64,000 nucleotides of DNA from Dehalococcoidia bacterium (GTDB taxonomy: Bacteria > Chloroflexota > Dehalococcoidia > SM23-28-2 > RBG-16-64-32): the NCBI GenBank assembly GCA_040882565.1, contig JBBEAZ010000030.1:3447-67446 (forward strand), in the 5' to 3' direction. Each line of letters begins with the position of its first letter. The stretch's first letter is position 1. Below the pieces are notes generated by a model. That model was not told where the DNA came from. It made no database searches and was given only the letters and a program-made list of their open reading frames with translations. This document shows positions 1 to 9,531 of this stretch, in pieces. A program made the translations under genes and the position numbers.

Positions 1-1
1 G

Positions 2-73
2 GAGACGCAGCGGTTGATGACGGAGGCGGGATTGCCGACGTGGCTGATCGAGCGGTTGGCGCAGGGGCGCTAG
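2..73 (+). CDS. 3' end of a gene truncated by the window edge; resembles a metallophosphoesterase C-terminus
   Basis: Frame 2 reads ETQRLMTEAGLPTWLIERLAQGR* (TAG 71-73), converging on the next gene. Confidence 0.45.
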   Translation, partial: ETQRLMTEAGLPTWLIERLAQGR

Positions 74-1281
74 CCGAGGTTGGCGGCGAACCAGGCCCAG
101 TATTCGGGCCAGTCAGGGAGGTCAGTGCCGTCCGGCGCGGCGTAGTACAGCGCGCCGACGACGGCGAACGCTTCGACGGGGTTCGGGGTGTAGGCGTGGA
201 CGGTCTCGCCGGTGTTGCTGACATATGTCAGGTCGGTGCCGGTGTACTGGAAGAGCGAGCCGACCTCGTCCCAGGAGCCGTTGAGGCGCTGCGCCAGCTC
301 GTCCGGCGGAACTGTCGGCAGCCAGCCGGAGCCGGCCATGAACGACTGCATCTCCGGCGTCAGCAACGATTGTGCGTAGGCGCCTGAGGCGACTTCTCGC
401 ATCTGGTACGCGTGAAGCAGCTCGTGAGCGATCGTCATGCCGTCGGCGCCGGTCTGGAGGACGACCTGGCTCGCGTCGTAGCGGTCGGTCGCACTCCAGT
501 CTTCGCTCGAGTAGAAATTCGCGGCGCCGGAGCCGTAAGGTTGCCAGCCGGCGAGGGTGCGTCCGCTGTTGTTGGAGAGCAAGGCGAGCGTGCCGTGGGC
601 GTTGTGGGTCGCGGCCGCCACAACTGCTACTGGCAGCGCGGCGAGGGCGCCGTAGAGAGCGCCGAGGTTACGTAGCTGCATGTCCTCGGTGATTCCCCAG
701 TCCTGGCCCGTCGTGACGACGTCGATGCCCCAGCGCGCCTCGATCTCTGCGGCGAGAGCGGCGGCGGCAGGTGTGAGGTCGATGCTGGGCGCCGGTGTCG
801 ATACCGATGGCGTGGCCGTCCAGGCGTCGCCGATTGTGGGCGAGGCGGAGACGGATGAAGCGATTGGCCTTGGGGTGCTGGTGCTCGTGGCGGTTGGCCG
901 TTCGGTGGAAGCCGGCGAGTCGCTTGGGGTCCGGTGACCCGCGGAGTCGGACGGCGGAGCCTGCGTGGCGATGATCGCGGGTTCGGTTGTCATGGCGGCA
1001 ACGGTCGGTACTTCGTAAACGTACCGAGCATCGCCGGAACCGCCAGAGCCGAAAATGACCGCGCCGGCGATGACGCCGGCGGCGGTCGTGATTCCGAGGA
1101 CTGCGGCGATGAGGCCGCGTGACGGGGTCCACCCTCCCAGGGGCCCTGTCTGCCGGTTCTGCTGTTGTCCAGTTTGGCCGGCCTCGGTCAAGTGCTGGTC
1201 CCTCCCCATTCCTGGCTCGTCCCAGGTGACATCGGGAACGTATCCCTGTCTGCTATGAAGGTTAAGGGCGGGTTGATGCAA
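70..1281 (-). CDS. Membrane-anchored protein with Ser/Thr/Pro-rich linker and C-terminal HExxH (zincin-like) domain
   Basis: TM helix LIAAVLGITTAAGVIAGAVIF, low-complexity linker, AHELLH and downstream NPVEAFA; true start may be downstream of 1281. Confidence 0.65.
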   Translation of the reverse strand: MHQPALNLHSRQGYVPDVTWDEPGMGRDQHLTEAGQTGQQQNRQTGPLGGWTPSRGLIAAVLGITTAAGVIAGAVIFGSGGSGDARYVYEVPTVAAMTTEPAIIATQAPPSDSAGHRTPSDSPASTERPTATSTSTPRPIASSVSASPTIGDAWTATPSVSTPAPSIDLTPAAAALAAEIEARWGIDVVTTGQDWGITEDMQLRNLGALYGALAALPVAVVAAATHNAHGTLALLSNNSGRTLAGWQPYGSGAANFYSSEDWSATDRYDASQVVLQTGADGMTIAHELLHAYQMREVASGAYAQSLLTPEMQSFMAGSGWLPTVPPDELAQRLNGSWDEVGSLFQYTGTDLTYVSNTGETVHAYTPNPVEAFAVVGALYYAAPDGTDLPDWPEYWAWFAANLG

Positions 1282-1358
1282 TGTCAGTAAACGACGGGTG
1301 AAGATGGGTCACGACGAGGGGAATGAGAAGCGAATGGCGTCGTATAATCGCCTTCGCT

Positions 1359-2429
1359 ATGTCTGATCCGATTCGCGTGACGATTGCGATGCCGTTGGAT
1401 GACGGGCTAGTGCAACGGGCGCGGGAGGTTTCCCCGCGGGTTGAGGTGACGCACCTTTCGCGTGCGCAGCGCTTCGTCTACCGCGAGGGCCGGCCGCTGT
1501 GGGGAGGCTATCGGGAACCGCCCGCGCCCGAGGACGAGAGCGAAGAGCAGGCGCGCGAGGCGCTGGCGGCGATCCTGGCATCGACGGAAGTGCTGCTCTC
1601 GAACCAGGTTGTGCCCGCCGACCTGTCGAGCCGGATGCCGAACGTCAAGTGGCTGCAATTGACGAGTGCCGGGGTCGATTCGATGATCGATCACGAGATC
1701 GTGCGTTCGTCGCAGGTTACGGTGACGACGGCGAGTGGCGTTCACGCGACGACGATCAGCGAGTACATCATCGGCGCGATGATCACGTTTGCGAAGAACT
1801 TTCCGAAGGCTATGCGGTCGCAGCAGGAGCGCACCTGGCAGCCTTACTGGCCGCAGGAGCTGGAGGACGCCTCGGTCGGCATCATCGGCCTGGGCGCGAT
1901 CGGCCACCGCACGGCGGAACTGTGCCGGGCGCTGCGGATGCGGGTGCTGGCGATGCGGCGTTCGTGCCAGCGGCGGATGACCGGAGCCGAAGCGGGCGAC
2001 CCGACGATCGACGAGATGCTCCCGCCAGCGGAATTGCACGCGCTCCTCGCCGAGTGCGATTACGTCGTGCTGGCGCTGCCGCTGACCGCGGAGTCGCGCG
2101 GAATGATCGGCGAAGCAGAGATCGCGGCGATGAAGCCGAACGCCGTGATCGTCAACATCGCGCGTGGCTCGGTGATCGACCAGGACGCGCTGATCCGAGC
2201 GCTCAGGGAGGGGCGGATCGCCGGGGCTGCGCTCGACGTTACGTCGCCGGAGCCGCTGCCACCCGACCACGAGCTGTGGGGCGTCGAGAACGTGATGATC
2301 ACACCGCATATTAGCGGTGGCACGCCGCGCTACATGGAGCGGGTCATCGACCTCTTCTGCGACAACCTGCGTCGCTACGTTGACGGCGAGCCGTTGCGCA
2401 ACGTGGTGGACGCATCGCGGGGATACTGA
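1359..2429 (+). CDS. D-2-hydroxyacid dehydrogenase (NAD-binding)
   Basis: GIIGLGAIG Rossmann motif, NIARGSVID, LDVTSPEPLP, TPHISG; TATAAT at 1343 just upstream of ATG 1359. Confidence 0.92.
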   Translation: MSDPIRVTIAMPLDDGLVQRAREVSPRVEVTHLSRAQRFVYREGRPLWGGYREPPAPEDESEEQAREALAAILASTEVLLSNQVVPADLSSRMPNVKWLQLTSAGVDSMIDHEIVRSSQVTVTTASGVHATTISEYIIGAMITFAKNFPKAMRSQQERTWQPYWPQELEDASVGIIGLGAIGHRTAELCRALRMRVLAMRRSCQRRMTGAEAGDPTIDEMLPPAELHALLAECDYVVLALPLTAESRGMIGEAEIAAMKPNAVIVNIARGSVIDQDALIRALREGRIAGAALDVTSPEPLPPDHELWGVENVMITPHISGGTPRYMERVIDLFCDNLRRYVDGEPLRNVVDASRGY

Positions 2430-2433
2430 CGCA

Positions 2434-3843
2434 TTACGCGTCGAGCAAGACGCGGCGCAGGTGGTCGAGAGGAACGTTGCCGCCGCTGACGATGATTGCG
2501 ACTTTCTTGCCGGCGAGACGGTCCTTCAGTTGTACTGCTGCGGCCGTGGCCGCGGCGCCGGCCTCCTCGACCACCTGATGGGCCGTGCGCGCGAGGAGGA
2601 GCATCGCGTCACGGATCTCCTTTTCGCTGACGAGGACGAAGTCGTCGAGATTGTCGATGAGCGTCTTGACCGCCGGGTAGTACGCGTTGCCGGTGGCGAG
2701 GCCCTCGGCAGCGGTGTTGATCGTGGCCGAGCGCAGCGTTCGGGACTTCCAGGATTCGTAGACGGCCGGCGCTCCTGCGGCCTGGACGCCGATCACTTCG
2801 ACATTCTGGCTGAGCGCTTTGGCGACGAGACAATGGCCGAGAGCGCCGCTGCCGCCGCCGATGGGTGTCAGGATGACGTCAACGTCGGGGAGGTCTTCCA
2901 TGACCTCGAGGCTCATAGTCGAGACGCCGGTGACGAGCATTGGGGCGTTGGCGTGGTGGATGTAGCGCAGGCCCTCGTTCTCAGCATGGCCCTCCGCCCA
3001 TTCCCGCGCTTCCTCGAAGTTTGCGCCGTGGAACTCGACCGTTGCTCCCAGCCCGCGCATCGACTCGACCTTCATCGGGTTCGCTTCCTCGGGCATGGCG
3101 ATGACGCAGCGAATGCCGCAGAGGTGCGCGCCGTAGGCGAGCGACTGGCCGTGGTTGCCGGTTGAGGCGCCGATTATGCCGCGCGTCCGCTCCTCGTCGC
3201 TCATGCCGGCGCAGAGGTAAACGCCGCCGCGCACCTTGAAGGCGCCGATGGGCTGCAGGTTCTCCAGCTTCAGGTAAGCCTCGAAGCCTAGCTCACGCGA
3301 GATTACGGGGTTGCGCACGAGCGGCGTGCGCTGAAGGTAGTCCTCGAGCAGGTGCTTGGCGCGGTAGACGTCGGCGATCCCCGGCAGATGCTCTATTCGG
3401 CGGTCGTAGATCATGCCGATGGGGTCGTCGCGCAATCCGGATTCGCGGATCCACGCGACTTTTCTTTGCAACTCCTCGGGCAGGATCTCGGTGCGGAGGA
3501 AGCCGAGCCTCTCGTAGTACGCCGCGAGACCGACTGCGGCGTCGGTGGTCAGAAACACCTCATCCTGGGGGAACCGGCGGATTAGCTCGCGTGTGATGCG
3601 TTCGCCCAGCCCGCGGCCACGGCGGTCCTCTGCGACGCATACGCTGCCCAGCTCGTATGTGTGTTCGTAGGGCTTGATCCGGCCGAAGGCGACGATGCGG
3701 CCACCTTCACGGATGGTGATGAACTGCTGTGGCTCCAGGCGCTCGGTATCGAGGCGCTCACGCTCGAGTTCGCCGGCGATGAACGCCATGTCGTCCGTGG
3801 TGGCCAGCGTAAAGGCGGGGTCAGGTGCTACGTCGGTGGTCAC
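2434..3843 (-). CDS. GNAT acetyltransferase fused to PLP-dependent threonine/serine dehydratase
   Basis: N-term ELGSVCVAEDRRGRGLG (GNAT motif A); C-term KLENLQPIGAFKVRG, ASTGNHG, PIGGGSG, VSGGN. Confidence 0.85.
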   Translation of the reverse strand: MTTDVAPDPAFTLATTDDMAFIAGELERERLDTERLEPQQFITIREGGRIVAFGRIKPYEHTYELGSVCVAEDRRGRGLGERITRELIRRFPQDEVFLTTDAAVGLAAYYERLGFLRTEILPEELQRKVAWIRESGLRDDPIGMIYDRRIEHLPGIADVYRAKHLLEDYLQRTPLVRNPVISRELGFEAYLKLENLQPIGAFKVRGGVYLCAGMSDEERTRGIIGASTGNHGQSLAYGAHLCGIRCVIAMPEEANPMKVESMRGLGATVEFHGANFEEAREWAEGHAENEGLRYIHHANAPMLVTGVSTMSLEVMEDLPDVDVILTPIGGGSGALGHCLVAKALSQNVEVIGVQAAGAPAVYESWKSRTLRSATINTAAEGLATGNAYYPAVKTLIDNLDDFVLVSEKEIRDAMLLLARTAHQVVEEAGAAATAAAVQLKDRLAGKKVAIIVSGGNVPLDHLRRVLLDA

Positions 3844-3953
3844 GTATCAATTGTACGTCGCTGCGCCGGTGTGGCGGGTCTGGAGAAGCGTTAAGACGTG
3901 GCGAGGCAATCTCATATACTGGTCGGAGCCTTAGATAGCGAAAGGAAGTCACC

Positions 3954-4610
3954 CTGTTCGGTATTGAAGACATCCTCCTGAACTTCGCCGAAGACCTTTA
4001 CGACGCGATGGGGTGGCCCGGCGTCGTTTTCCTGATGGCAGTCGAGAGCGCCTGCATCCCGTTTCCGAGCGAGATCATCATGCCGCTGGCCGGCTGGCTG
4101 CTGGTGGAGGACAAGGGGCACGGCTGGGACTACCTTTTGCTTGGTGCGTTTTACGGCGCGCTCGGCAATACGATCGGGTCGTTGGTGGCGTACTTCGCCG
4201 GGGCCTGGGGCGGACGGCCGCTGCTGGAGAAGTACGGCCGCTACGTGCTGATCACGCGGAAGGACATCGACTGGGCTGACCGCTGGTTCAGCAAGTACGG
4301 CGAGTTGACAGTGTTTGCCAGCCGCATGCTGCCGGTGGTGCGCACGTTCATCAGCTTCCCGGCGGGGATCGCAAGGATGAATTTGCTGCGGTTCACGGTC
4401 CTCTCGTTCATCGGTTCGTATCCCTGGTCACTGCTGTTGATCGTGGCCGGTTACTACCTGGGCGAGAACTGGGAAGACGTTGGCAACTACCTTCGCCCGA
4501 TCAGCATTCCGCTGGCTGTTGGCATTGCTGTGCTGGCGGGCGTTTTCTTTTACCGCCGGATCCGCGAGATACGGTCGGAGGGCCGGTTCCCGGAGGCGGG
4601 CGAGCCGTAG
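3954..4610 (+). CDS. DedA family membrane protein
   Basis: ESACIPFPSE, SRMLPVVRTFISFPAG; probable CTG start at 3954 after AAGGAAG (ATG alternative at 4008). Confidence 0.88.
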   Translation: MFGIEDILLNFAEDLYDAMGWPGVVFLMAVESACIPFPSEIIMPLAGWLLVEDKGHGWDYLLLGAFYGALGNTIGSLVAYFAGAWGGRPLLEKYGRYVLITRKDIDWADRWFSKYGELTVFASRMLPVVRTFISFPAGIARMNLLRFTVLSFIGSYPWSLLLIVAGYYLGENWEDVGNYLRPISIPLAVGIAVLAGVFFYRRIREIRSEGRFPEAGEP

Positions 4611-4612
4611 CG

Positions 4613-5251
4613 ATGACGCTGAACGCGCCTGAATCCAGTGCCGGAGTGGAGTTGCAGAAGGCGAAGCAGTACATCCGCTTCTGGCGGCTCCAGGTGCGCC
4701 TGGAGATCCTGATGCTGGGCGTTGTGCTCGCCTTCGGGCTATCGATGGGGGCCGGACTGTTGCTGCTCGACCTGGGCAAGGACGACATCACGGGCACATG
4801 GGGCTATCCGGCGCTCTGGGCGATTTCGGCGCTGCGGGCGTCGTCTGTGCTCATGCCGATGCCCGGTGGGCTGACGATCGTAGGCGGGGCGATCATGAAT
4901 CCGGTGATGGGCGTGCCGGCGCCGATCGTCGTCGGTTTGGTGGTTGGGTCGGCCGAATCGCTTGGCGAGTTCACCGGCTACTTTGCCGGGCGTAACGGCG
5001 CACGGTTGCTCGAGGGCCGGCGCCTCTACGAACGCATTCGGGCATCGATCCGGCGTAGGGCGATGCTGACGGTACTGGCGATGTCCCTGGCGCCGTCGCC
5101 GGTGTTCGACGTCGCGGGCATCGCCGCGGGGGCGGCGCGGATGCCGGTGCGCGTGTTCTACCCGCCGCTGCTGGCGGGCAAGATCGTACGGGGGATAGCG
5201 CTGGCGACGGCTGGGTATTACGGTTGGGACGCGCTGCAGGGCATCTTCTAG
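4613..5251 (+). CDS. VTT/SNARE-associated domain membrane protein
   Basis: GEFTGYFAG, APSPVFDVAGIAAG, GKIVRG motifs; multi-TM. Confidence 0.75.
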   Translation: MTLNAPESSAGVELQKAKQYIRFWRLQVRLEILMLGVVLAFGLSMGAGLLLLDLGKDDITGTWGYPALWAISALRASSVLMPMPGGLTIVGGAIMNPVMGVPAPIVVGLVVGSAESLGEFTGYFAGRNGARLLEGRRLYERIRASIRRRAMLTVLAMSLAPSPVFDVAGIAAGAARMPVRVFYPPLLAGKIVRGIALATAGYYGWDALQGIF

Positions 5252-5645
5252 TGGCGCCGAAGGACGTTCTGAGCGACAAGCCGCTGATCGACAAACTTGG
5301 CGTGAAGCCAGGGATCCGCGTGGCGGTGATCAACATCGACGCCCCGCTCTTCCTGGCGAGCCTTCGGGAGCGGGCCGACGTCGTGGTCGGGGAGGTGACG
5401 CCCGGTACCGAGATGGCGTTCCTGGGCGTCGATGGCGCTGAGGGCATGGCGCGCCTTCGCGAGCTGCGCGATCTGATCGCGCGCGACGGTGCCGTGTGGG
5501 TCATCAATCCGCGCGGCCTCAAGGGCTTCAACAGCAACGACGTGATGCGGTTGGGGCGGAGACGGGCATGGTTGACGTGAAGATCGTGCGGTTTTCGGAG
5601 ACACATTCGGGGACGAAGTTCGTGATACGGATGGCAGATCGATAA
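5251..5645 (+). pseudogene. DUF3052-like protein with a single-base frameshift near 5558
   Basis: GTG overlaps upstream TAG; PLIDKLGVKPG...GAVWVINPRG in one frame and GMVDVKIVRFSETHSGTKFVIR* in another. Confidence 0.7.
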
Positions 5646-5658
5646 GGGAGGGATTGAC

Positions 5659-6447
5659 GTGCTATTGAAGGACCGCGTGGCGATTATCACGGGAGGCGGC
5701 AGCGGCATCGGCCGGGGCGTGGCCGAGCGCTTTGCGAAAGAGGGCGCAAAGCTGATGCTCGTCGATATGAACGCTGATGGGCTGGCTGAGACGGCGGGGC
5801 TGGTAAAGGACTCAGGCGCTGATGTCGAGACTCACGAGGCGGACGTTAGCGCGACCGCGCAGGTGGAGGCGTTCTTCGCGAAGGCGGTGGAGCGTTTCGG
5901 GCGGGTCGACATCTGTGTAAACAACGCCGGTATCGGCAACCCGCCGGCGCCGCTGGTGCAGATGACGGACGAGGGCTTCGACCGCACGATCGCGGTGAAC
6001 CTGCGGGGGGTGTTCCTCTGCATGCGGGCGGCCGGGAGGCAGATGATGGCGCAGGGTACGGGCGGCCGGATCATCAGCGTCGCGTCGCAGGCGGGCAAGA
6101 CGGGGTTTGCGTTCCTGGCGCCGTATTGTGCGACGAAGGCGGGTGTGATCCTGATGACGAAGGCGATGGCGAAGGAAGTCGGGGCGAGTCAGATCACGGT
6201 GAACGCGGTCTGCCCGGGGACGATTGACACGCCGCTTCTGCGCGGCACGCTGGACCCTATCCTGGCTGCGAGCGGGATGACGCTGGAGCAGTGGGCGTTG
6301 AACACGGCGGGGATGCCGCCGATCCCGCTGGCCCGCATCGGCTACCCAAAGGACGTGGCGAACGTGATCACGTTTTTGGCTTCGGATGACGCGGATTACA
6401 TGACGGGGCAGGCGATCAACATCAGCGGCGGGCAGGAGATGCACTAA
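5659..6447 (+). CDS. Short-chain dehydrogenase/reductase (FabG-like)
   Basis: TGGGSGIG, NNAG, YCATK, VCPG; RBS AGGGAGG. Confidence 0.93.
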   Translation: MLLKDRVAIITGGGSGIGRGVAERFAKEGAKLMLVDMNADGLAETAGLVKDSGADVETHEADVSATAQVEAFFAKAVERFGRVDICVNNAGIGNPPAPLVQMTDEGFDRTIAVNLRGVFLCMRAAGRQMMAQGTGGRIISVASQAGKTGFAFLAPYCATKAGVILMTKAMAKEVGASQITVNAVCPGTIDTPLLRGTLDPILAASGMTLEQWALNTAGMPPIPLARIGYPKDVANVITFLASDDADYMTGQAINISGGQEMH

Positions 6448-6477
6448 CCGAGGGTTCGGGTTGTACGCCCGCCGCCT

Positions 6478-6547
6478 CCCACCCCATAAGGTGGGGGATA
6501 TCGTCGGGACACCCCCCGAACCACCGGCAGCGGCTCCGCTGCACCTT
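6478..6547. repeat. REP-like palindromic intergenic element
   Basis: CCCCCAT-AAG-GTGGGGG hairpin and GCAGCGG-CT-CCGCTGC hairpin between convergent genes. Confidence 0.4.
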
Positions 6548-6576
6548 TGCGTTAGGGCTGGAGGCGTTGTTGCTTG

Positions 6577-6613
6577 CCTTCGCTGCGCCGGGGCCCTTCG
6601 TCCCTCAGGGAAC
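6577..6613 (+). repeat. 37-bp dispersed repeat, copy 1
   Basis: CCTTCGCTGCGCCGGGGCCCTTCGTCCCTCAGGGAAC; 34/37 identical to 60502-60538. Confidence 0.75.
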
Positions 6614-6616
6614 TCT

Positions 6617-7774
6617 TCAGCCGAAGAGCGTTGCGCTGGCCAGGTCCGCGCCGGCTCGCAGAGAGCGGAGTTTTTCCCAGACGACGCCGGGGGCGACTTC
6701 GCCGAAGCCGGCGGCGGTGCCGAAACCGCAGTCTGTGCCGGCGAGGACGCGACGCGGGTCGCCGAGGGCCTCGGCGATCATGACGATACGGTCGGCGACG
6801 ACCTGCGGGTGCTCGACGTAGTTGGTGGTGGTGTCGATGACGCCGGCGATGATAAGGGTGTCGTGCGAGGGCGGGAACTTGCTGAGGGCGCGCCATTCGT
6901 GCTGGTGGCGCGGGTTGGCGAACGGCAGGAGGAGGGCCCCGACGTTGGCCTCGTAGTACAGGGGCAGGACGTCCTCCAGCGGGACGTCGAGATGGTGGGG
7001 GCCTTCGTAGTTGCCCCAGCAAACGTGGAGGCGGATGCGGTCGCGTGGGAGGCCCTCGATCGCGCGGTTAATGGCGGCGATGTTGCGGCGGACGTATGTC
7101 TGGAAGTCCGCGAGCGAGCCGTCGGCGTGGGCGACGTGGCGTTCCATGGCGAGGTCCGGGCAGTCGAGCTGGAGGACGTAACCACGCGAGATGATGTACT
7201 CGTACTCGGGGCTGAGCGCGTCGGCGACCGCGGTGACGTAGTCGTCGTCAGTCGCGTAATGGCTGTTCAGCATCCCGGCGCAGACGATGCCGGGCGAGGC
7301 GACCGTCATGAACGTCTCGCTGAAACCGCCGGCTTCAGCGAGCGCGTCGTCGAACCCATCGCACTCCTCGCGCAGGGGCTCGATCGTGGAGTGAGTGACC
7401 TCGGCAACCGCCATTGGCGCGGTAATCAGGGAGACGGACTTGCGGGAGAAGTCTGGCAGCTTGTAGTCGAGGAAGGTGGGCAGCATGATGTCGCGCATCA
7501 GGGGGCGGTTGTTCTGGCCACCGTAACCGGTGAGACGGTGCTGGACGTATGTGAAGAAGCTTTCGCGGGCCTGTTCGCCGTCGTTGCCGACGTCGATCCC
7601 GACCTCACGCTGATGGCGCACGGCATCGACAGTGGCGGTGTGGACCTCGGCGGCGAGTTCGGACGGGTCGACAGGCTCGCGCTTGCTGAGGGCGACGAAG
7701 AGGTCCACGAGCTTCGGCGTACGCGGAAGGCTGCCGGCGTGAGTCGTGAGGATGCGGCCATCGCTGCGCTGCAT
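6617..7774 (-). CDS. Cobalamin-independent methionine synthase II family protein (MetE C-terminal-like)
   Basis: TTHAGSLPR, DGEQAR, LHVCWGNYEGPH, GTDCGFGT zinc ligands. Confidence 0.9.
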   Translation of the reverse strand: MQRSDGRILTTHAGSLPRTPKLVDLFVALSKREPVDPSELAAEVHTATVDAVRHQREVGIDVGNDGEQARESFFTYVQHRLTGYGGQNNRPLMRDIMLPTFLDYKLPDFSRKSVSLITAPMAVAEVTHSTIEPLREECDGFDDALAEAGGFSETFMTVASPGIVCAGMLNSHYATDDDYVTAVADALSPEYEYIISRGYVLQLDCPDLAMERHVAHADGSLADFQTYVRRNIAAINRAIEGLPRDRIRLHVCWGNYEGPHHLDVPLEDVLPLYYEANVGALLLPFANPRHQHEWRALSKFPPSHDTLIIAGVIDTTTNYVEHPQVVADRIVMIAEALGDPRRVLAGTDCGFGTAAGFGEVAPGVVWEKLRSLRAGADLASATLFG

Positions 7775-7805
7775 GATGCGCGAGTGTAGCACCGGCGGGC
7801 GCGGG

Positions 7806-8444
7806 ATGTATATTGGCGGTGATTTGCCAAACCAACTCGGCGGCCTCTACGTGATCATCGACCCCGCCGTGGCGGGCGAGCGCGACGTTCTGCACATCGC
7901 GCGGGAGGCGATCGCCGGCGGAGCGCGGCTCGTTCAATGGCGGGACAAGACGCGGGAGAAAGGATTGCAGCTGCCGGGTGTAGAGGCGCTTGTGGGCATC
8001 TGTCGCCAGGCGGGGGTGCCGCTGATTGTGAACGACGATGTCGACCTGGCGCTGGTCGCGGGCGTAGATGGAGTGCACGTGGGGCAGAAGGACCTGCCTG
8101 TGGCGGCGGTGCGGCGGATCGTGCCGCGCGAGTGGATCGTTGGCGCTTCGACGAACAACGTCGAGGAGGCCCGCGTGGCGGAGGCCGACGGGGCGGACTA
8201 CGTTTCGGTCGGCAACCTGTTCGGCACGCAATCGAAGGACGACACGCGGCCGGCGACGCTGGAGACGTTGCGAGCGGTGAAGGCTGCGGTGCGTGTGCCG
8301 GTCTGCGCGATCGGCGGCATCAGCGAGGCGACCATCGCAGATGTGATCGCGGCGGGGGCCGACATGGCGTCGGTGATCTCGGCGGTGGTGGCGAGCGACG
8401 ATCCGCGGGCGGCGGCGCGGCGACTGAGTGACGCGTTCAGCTAG
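7806..8444 (+). CDS. thiE: Thiamine-phosphate synthase
   Basis: VQWRDK, LIVNDDVDLA, GVHVGQKD, AIGGI, VISAV. Confidence 0.92.
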   Translation: MYIGGDLPNQLGGLYVIIDPAVAGERDVLHIAREAIAGGARLVQWRDKTREKGLQLPGVEALVGICRQAGVPLIVNDDVDLALVAGVDGVHVGQKDLPVAAVRRIVPREWIVGASTNNVEEARVAEADGADYVSVGNLFGTQSKDDTRPATLETLRAVKAAVRVPVCAIGGISEATIADVIAAGADMASVISAVVASDDPRAAARRLSDAFS

Positions 8445-9529
8445 CGGCAGAAGCGTTCGGGGGTGAAAGGGCGGAGGCGCCGGTCCGCCTTGCCGGTCAG
8501 GACGAGCTCGGCGACGAGGGCGCCGGTGATCGGTGACAGCAGGATGCCGTTGCGGAAGTGGCCGGTAGCGAGGAAGACGTTTTTCTTGCCGGGGAGGCGG
8601 CCGATGACGGGCATGCCGTCCGGTGAGCCGGGGCGGAGGCCACACCAACTGCTCGCGATCCGAGCGTCCCGGAGGACTGGGACAAGATCTCCGGCCATGC
8701 GGCGGAGACCGTTGAGGGCGCGTTCGGTGGTGCGCTTGCGGAAGCCGACGTCCTCGACGGTGGCGCCGGCGAAGACGATGCCCCTGGGCTTGGGTACCAG
8801 ATAGCCGTCTTCGCCCCAGATGGCGTGGCGGACGGCCTTCGACTTGTAGGCGATCATCTGGCCGCGGATTGGTGGTGTCGGCAGGCGAGCGCCGAGGCGC
8901 ACGGTGAGCGCCTCGGTCCAGGGCCCGGCCGCAAGCACAATCGCGTCGATCTCGTGCACGTCGCCGCCGCTGGTACTGACGCCGTCGATGCGCGGGCCGT
9001 CCTTGAGGAGGCCGGTCAGCATCGTGTTGCGACGGACGTCCGCGCCGCGACGCTCGGCGGCGCGGGCGAAGGCTTTGGCGAGAAGGCCAGGGTTGAGGTC
9101 CGCGTCGCCGGCGCAATAGGCCGCGCCGACCACTTCACCCGTGAGCGCGGGTTCGAGCGAGCGCAGGGCGGCGGGTTCGATCCACTCGAGCTCGGGTCGC
9201 TTGGCGGCGAGCTTGTGCAACTCGCGGGCGGCTTTTTCCGTGCGAGCGGTGCGGATCATGCCCGGCTTCTTGTATTCGACATCGATTCTGGACTCGCGCT
9301 GGATTTCGTCGAGGACGGCGGGGAACATCTCGAGGCTGGCGCGGCGGAGGACGTTGAAGGCGCGGTTGCCAACGTCCTCGATCGGGGCGATGAGCATTCC
9401 GGCGGATGCGCCCGTGGATTCGCTGCCGATGTCGCCGCGCTCCAGGAGGACCGTCTCAGCGCCGGCCTTCTGGAGGTGCCAGGCGATGGAGCAGCCGATG
9501 ACGCCGCCCCCCGCGATGACGACTTTCAC
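8441..9529 (-). CDS. thiO: Glycine oxidase
   Basis: IAGGGVIGCSIA, ASAGML, GLRPGSPD, GHFRNGILLSP; in thiS-thiG operon. Confidence 0.9.
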   Translation of the reverse strand: MKVVIAGGGVIGCSIAWHLQKAGAETVLLERGDIGSESTGASAGMLIAPIEDVGNRAFNVLRRASLEMFPAVLDEIQRESRIDVEYKKPGMIRTARTEKAARELHKLAAKRPELEWIEPAALRSLEPALTGEVVGAAYCAGDADLNPGLLAKAFARAAERRGADVRRNTMLTGLLKDGPRIDGVSTSGGDVHEIDAIVLAAGPWTEALTVRLGARLPTPPIRGQMIAYKSKAVRHAIWGEDGYLVPKPRGIVFAGATVEDVGFRKRTTERALNGLRRMAGDLVPVLRDARIASSWCGLRPGSPDGMPVIGRLPGKKNVFLATGHFRNGILLSPITGALVAELVLTGKADRRLRPFTPERFCR

Positions 9530-9531
9530 AG

